Position numbers and translations under genes: made by a program. A model generated the notes under the pieces. The model made no database searches. It was not told the DNA's origin and was given only the letters and a program-made list of their open reading frames with translations. From NCBI RefSeq assembly GCF_054482525.1, contig NZ_CM137006.1: DNA of 64,000 bases; one strand, written 5' to 3'. This document shows, in pieces, positions 63,549 through 64,000 of the stretch (the first letter of the stretch is position 1; each line of letters opens with the position of its first letter).

Positions 63549-63743
63549 TTACGGTTTTTGCTCTGGCGTTTTGTCATGTCGCCACGGTGTTTTATCAGCA
63601 GGTTTCTGTTTATCGTTCAACTGTGGTATCTGGTCACCGGCCTTCATTTTGTATGCTGTGTCCGTTTTATCCTGCAGCGGCGTTGCCGGTGATTTACTGA
63701 AAATACCCTGCGGTTTACGGTTAATGGTCAGAGTTACCATCAA
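63549..63743 (-). CDS. Hypothetical small protein
   Basis: 64-aa ORF 14 nt upstream of 63232-63534; Lys/Pro/Asp-rich; could be spurious. Confidence 0.25.
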   Translation of the reverse strand: MMVTLTINRKPQGIFSKSPATPLQDKTDTAYKMKAGDQIPQLNDKQKPADKTPWRHDKTPEQKP

Positions 63744-64000
63744 TTTTGTTACCTCGCGCTGTCAATGGAAGTAGTACCTCATCCGATATCTGAAAATGTT
63801 TTCCGGTGGATGTTACAGCGAATTTCATGTAAGACATGTTGTTGTCGGTATTGTTCAGTACTGTGCGTTGTGAGCGTATTCGTTATCAGACAGAGGGGCA
63901 GGGAACAAACGTCAGAGGTTAAGGATATCCGGGAACAAATGGCGTAAACGGACATCTCAGTGCCTGAGAAACAGTACAGGTCAGGCCATCATGGCCTGCA

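Overview
This window reads as an Escherichia coli-type accessory region (IS1, IS4, IS100, kps, antigen 43 all present). Nt 1-14604 is a group 2 capsule locus: the 3' part of a low-GC serotype-specific region 2 on the + strand (GT2 glycosyltransferase, glf, hexapeptide acetyltransferase, ugd, second GT) converging on the conserved region 1 operon kpsFEDUCS on the - strand, with an intact IS1 (9-bp target duplication) between them. Upstream of kpsF sit an intact IS4 (11-bp target duplication) and an IS110-family remnant. The rest is two tandem P4/CP4-like island segments bounded by tRNA-Phe 3'-end-like repeats (17194-17215, 44319-44340). Each carries a CP4-44-like module (YeeP-like GTPase, Ag43 or a secreted protein, DUF905, DUF932, antirestriction, RadC-like, DUF987, CbeA/CbtA, YeeW-like, DUF4942-like). 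Other cargo includes a LysR/hydrolase/MFS cassette, IS100, nested IS3-family remnants, a P4-type integrase, ParDE, two AlpA regulators, a DUF3987 protein and five Gp2-like (YfjJ/YagK-type) paralogs, three of them behind long AT-rich leaders, two leaders holding iteron-like repeats. The best candidates for something undescribed are a convergent pair of unknown genes (52063-53915), a 263-aa protein with an N-terminal ribbon-helix-helix fold (33976-34767), and a 37-codon zinc-ribbon ORF coupled to alpA (62393-62506). No rRNA, intact tRNA or CRISPR array was found. All family assignments are from reading the translations, not from database searches.
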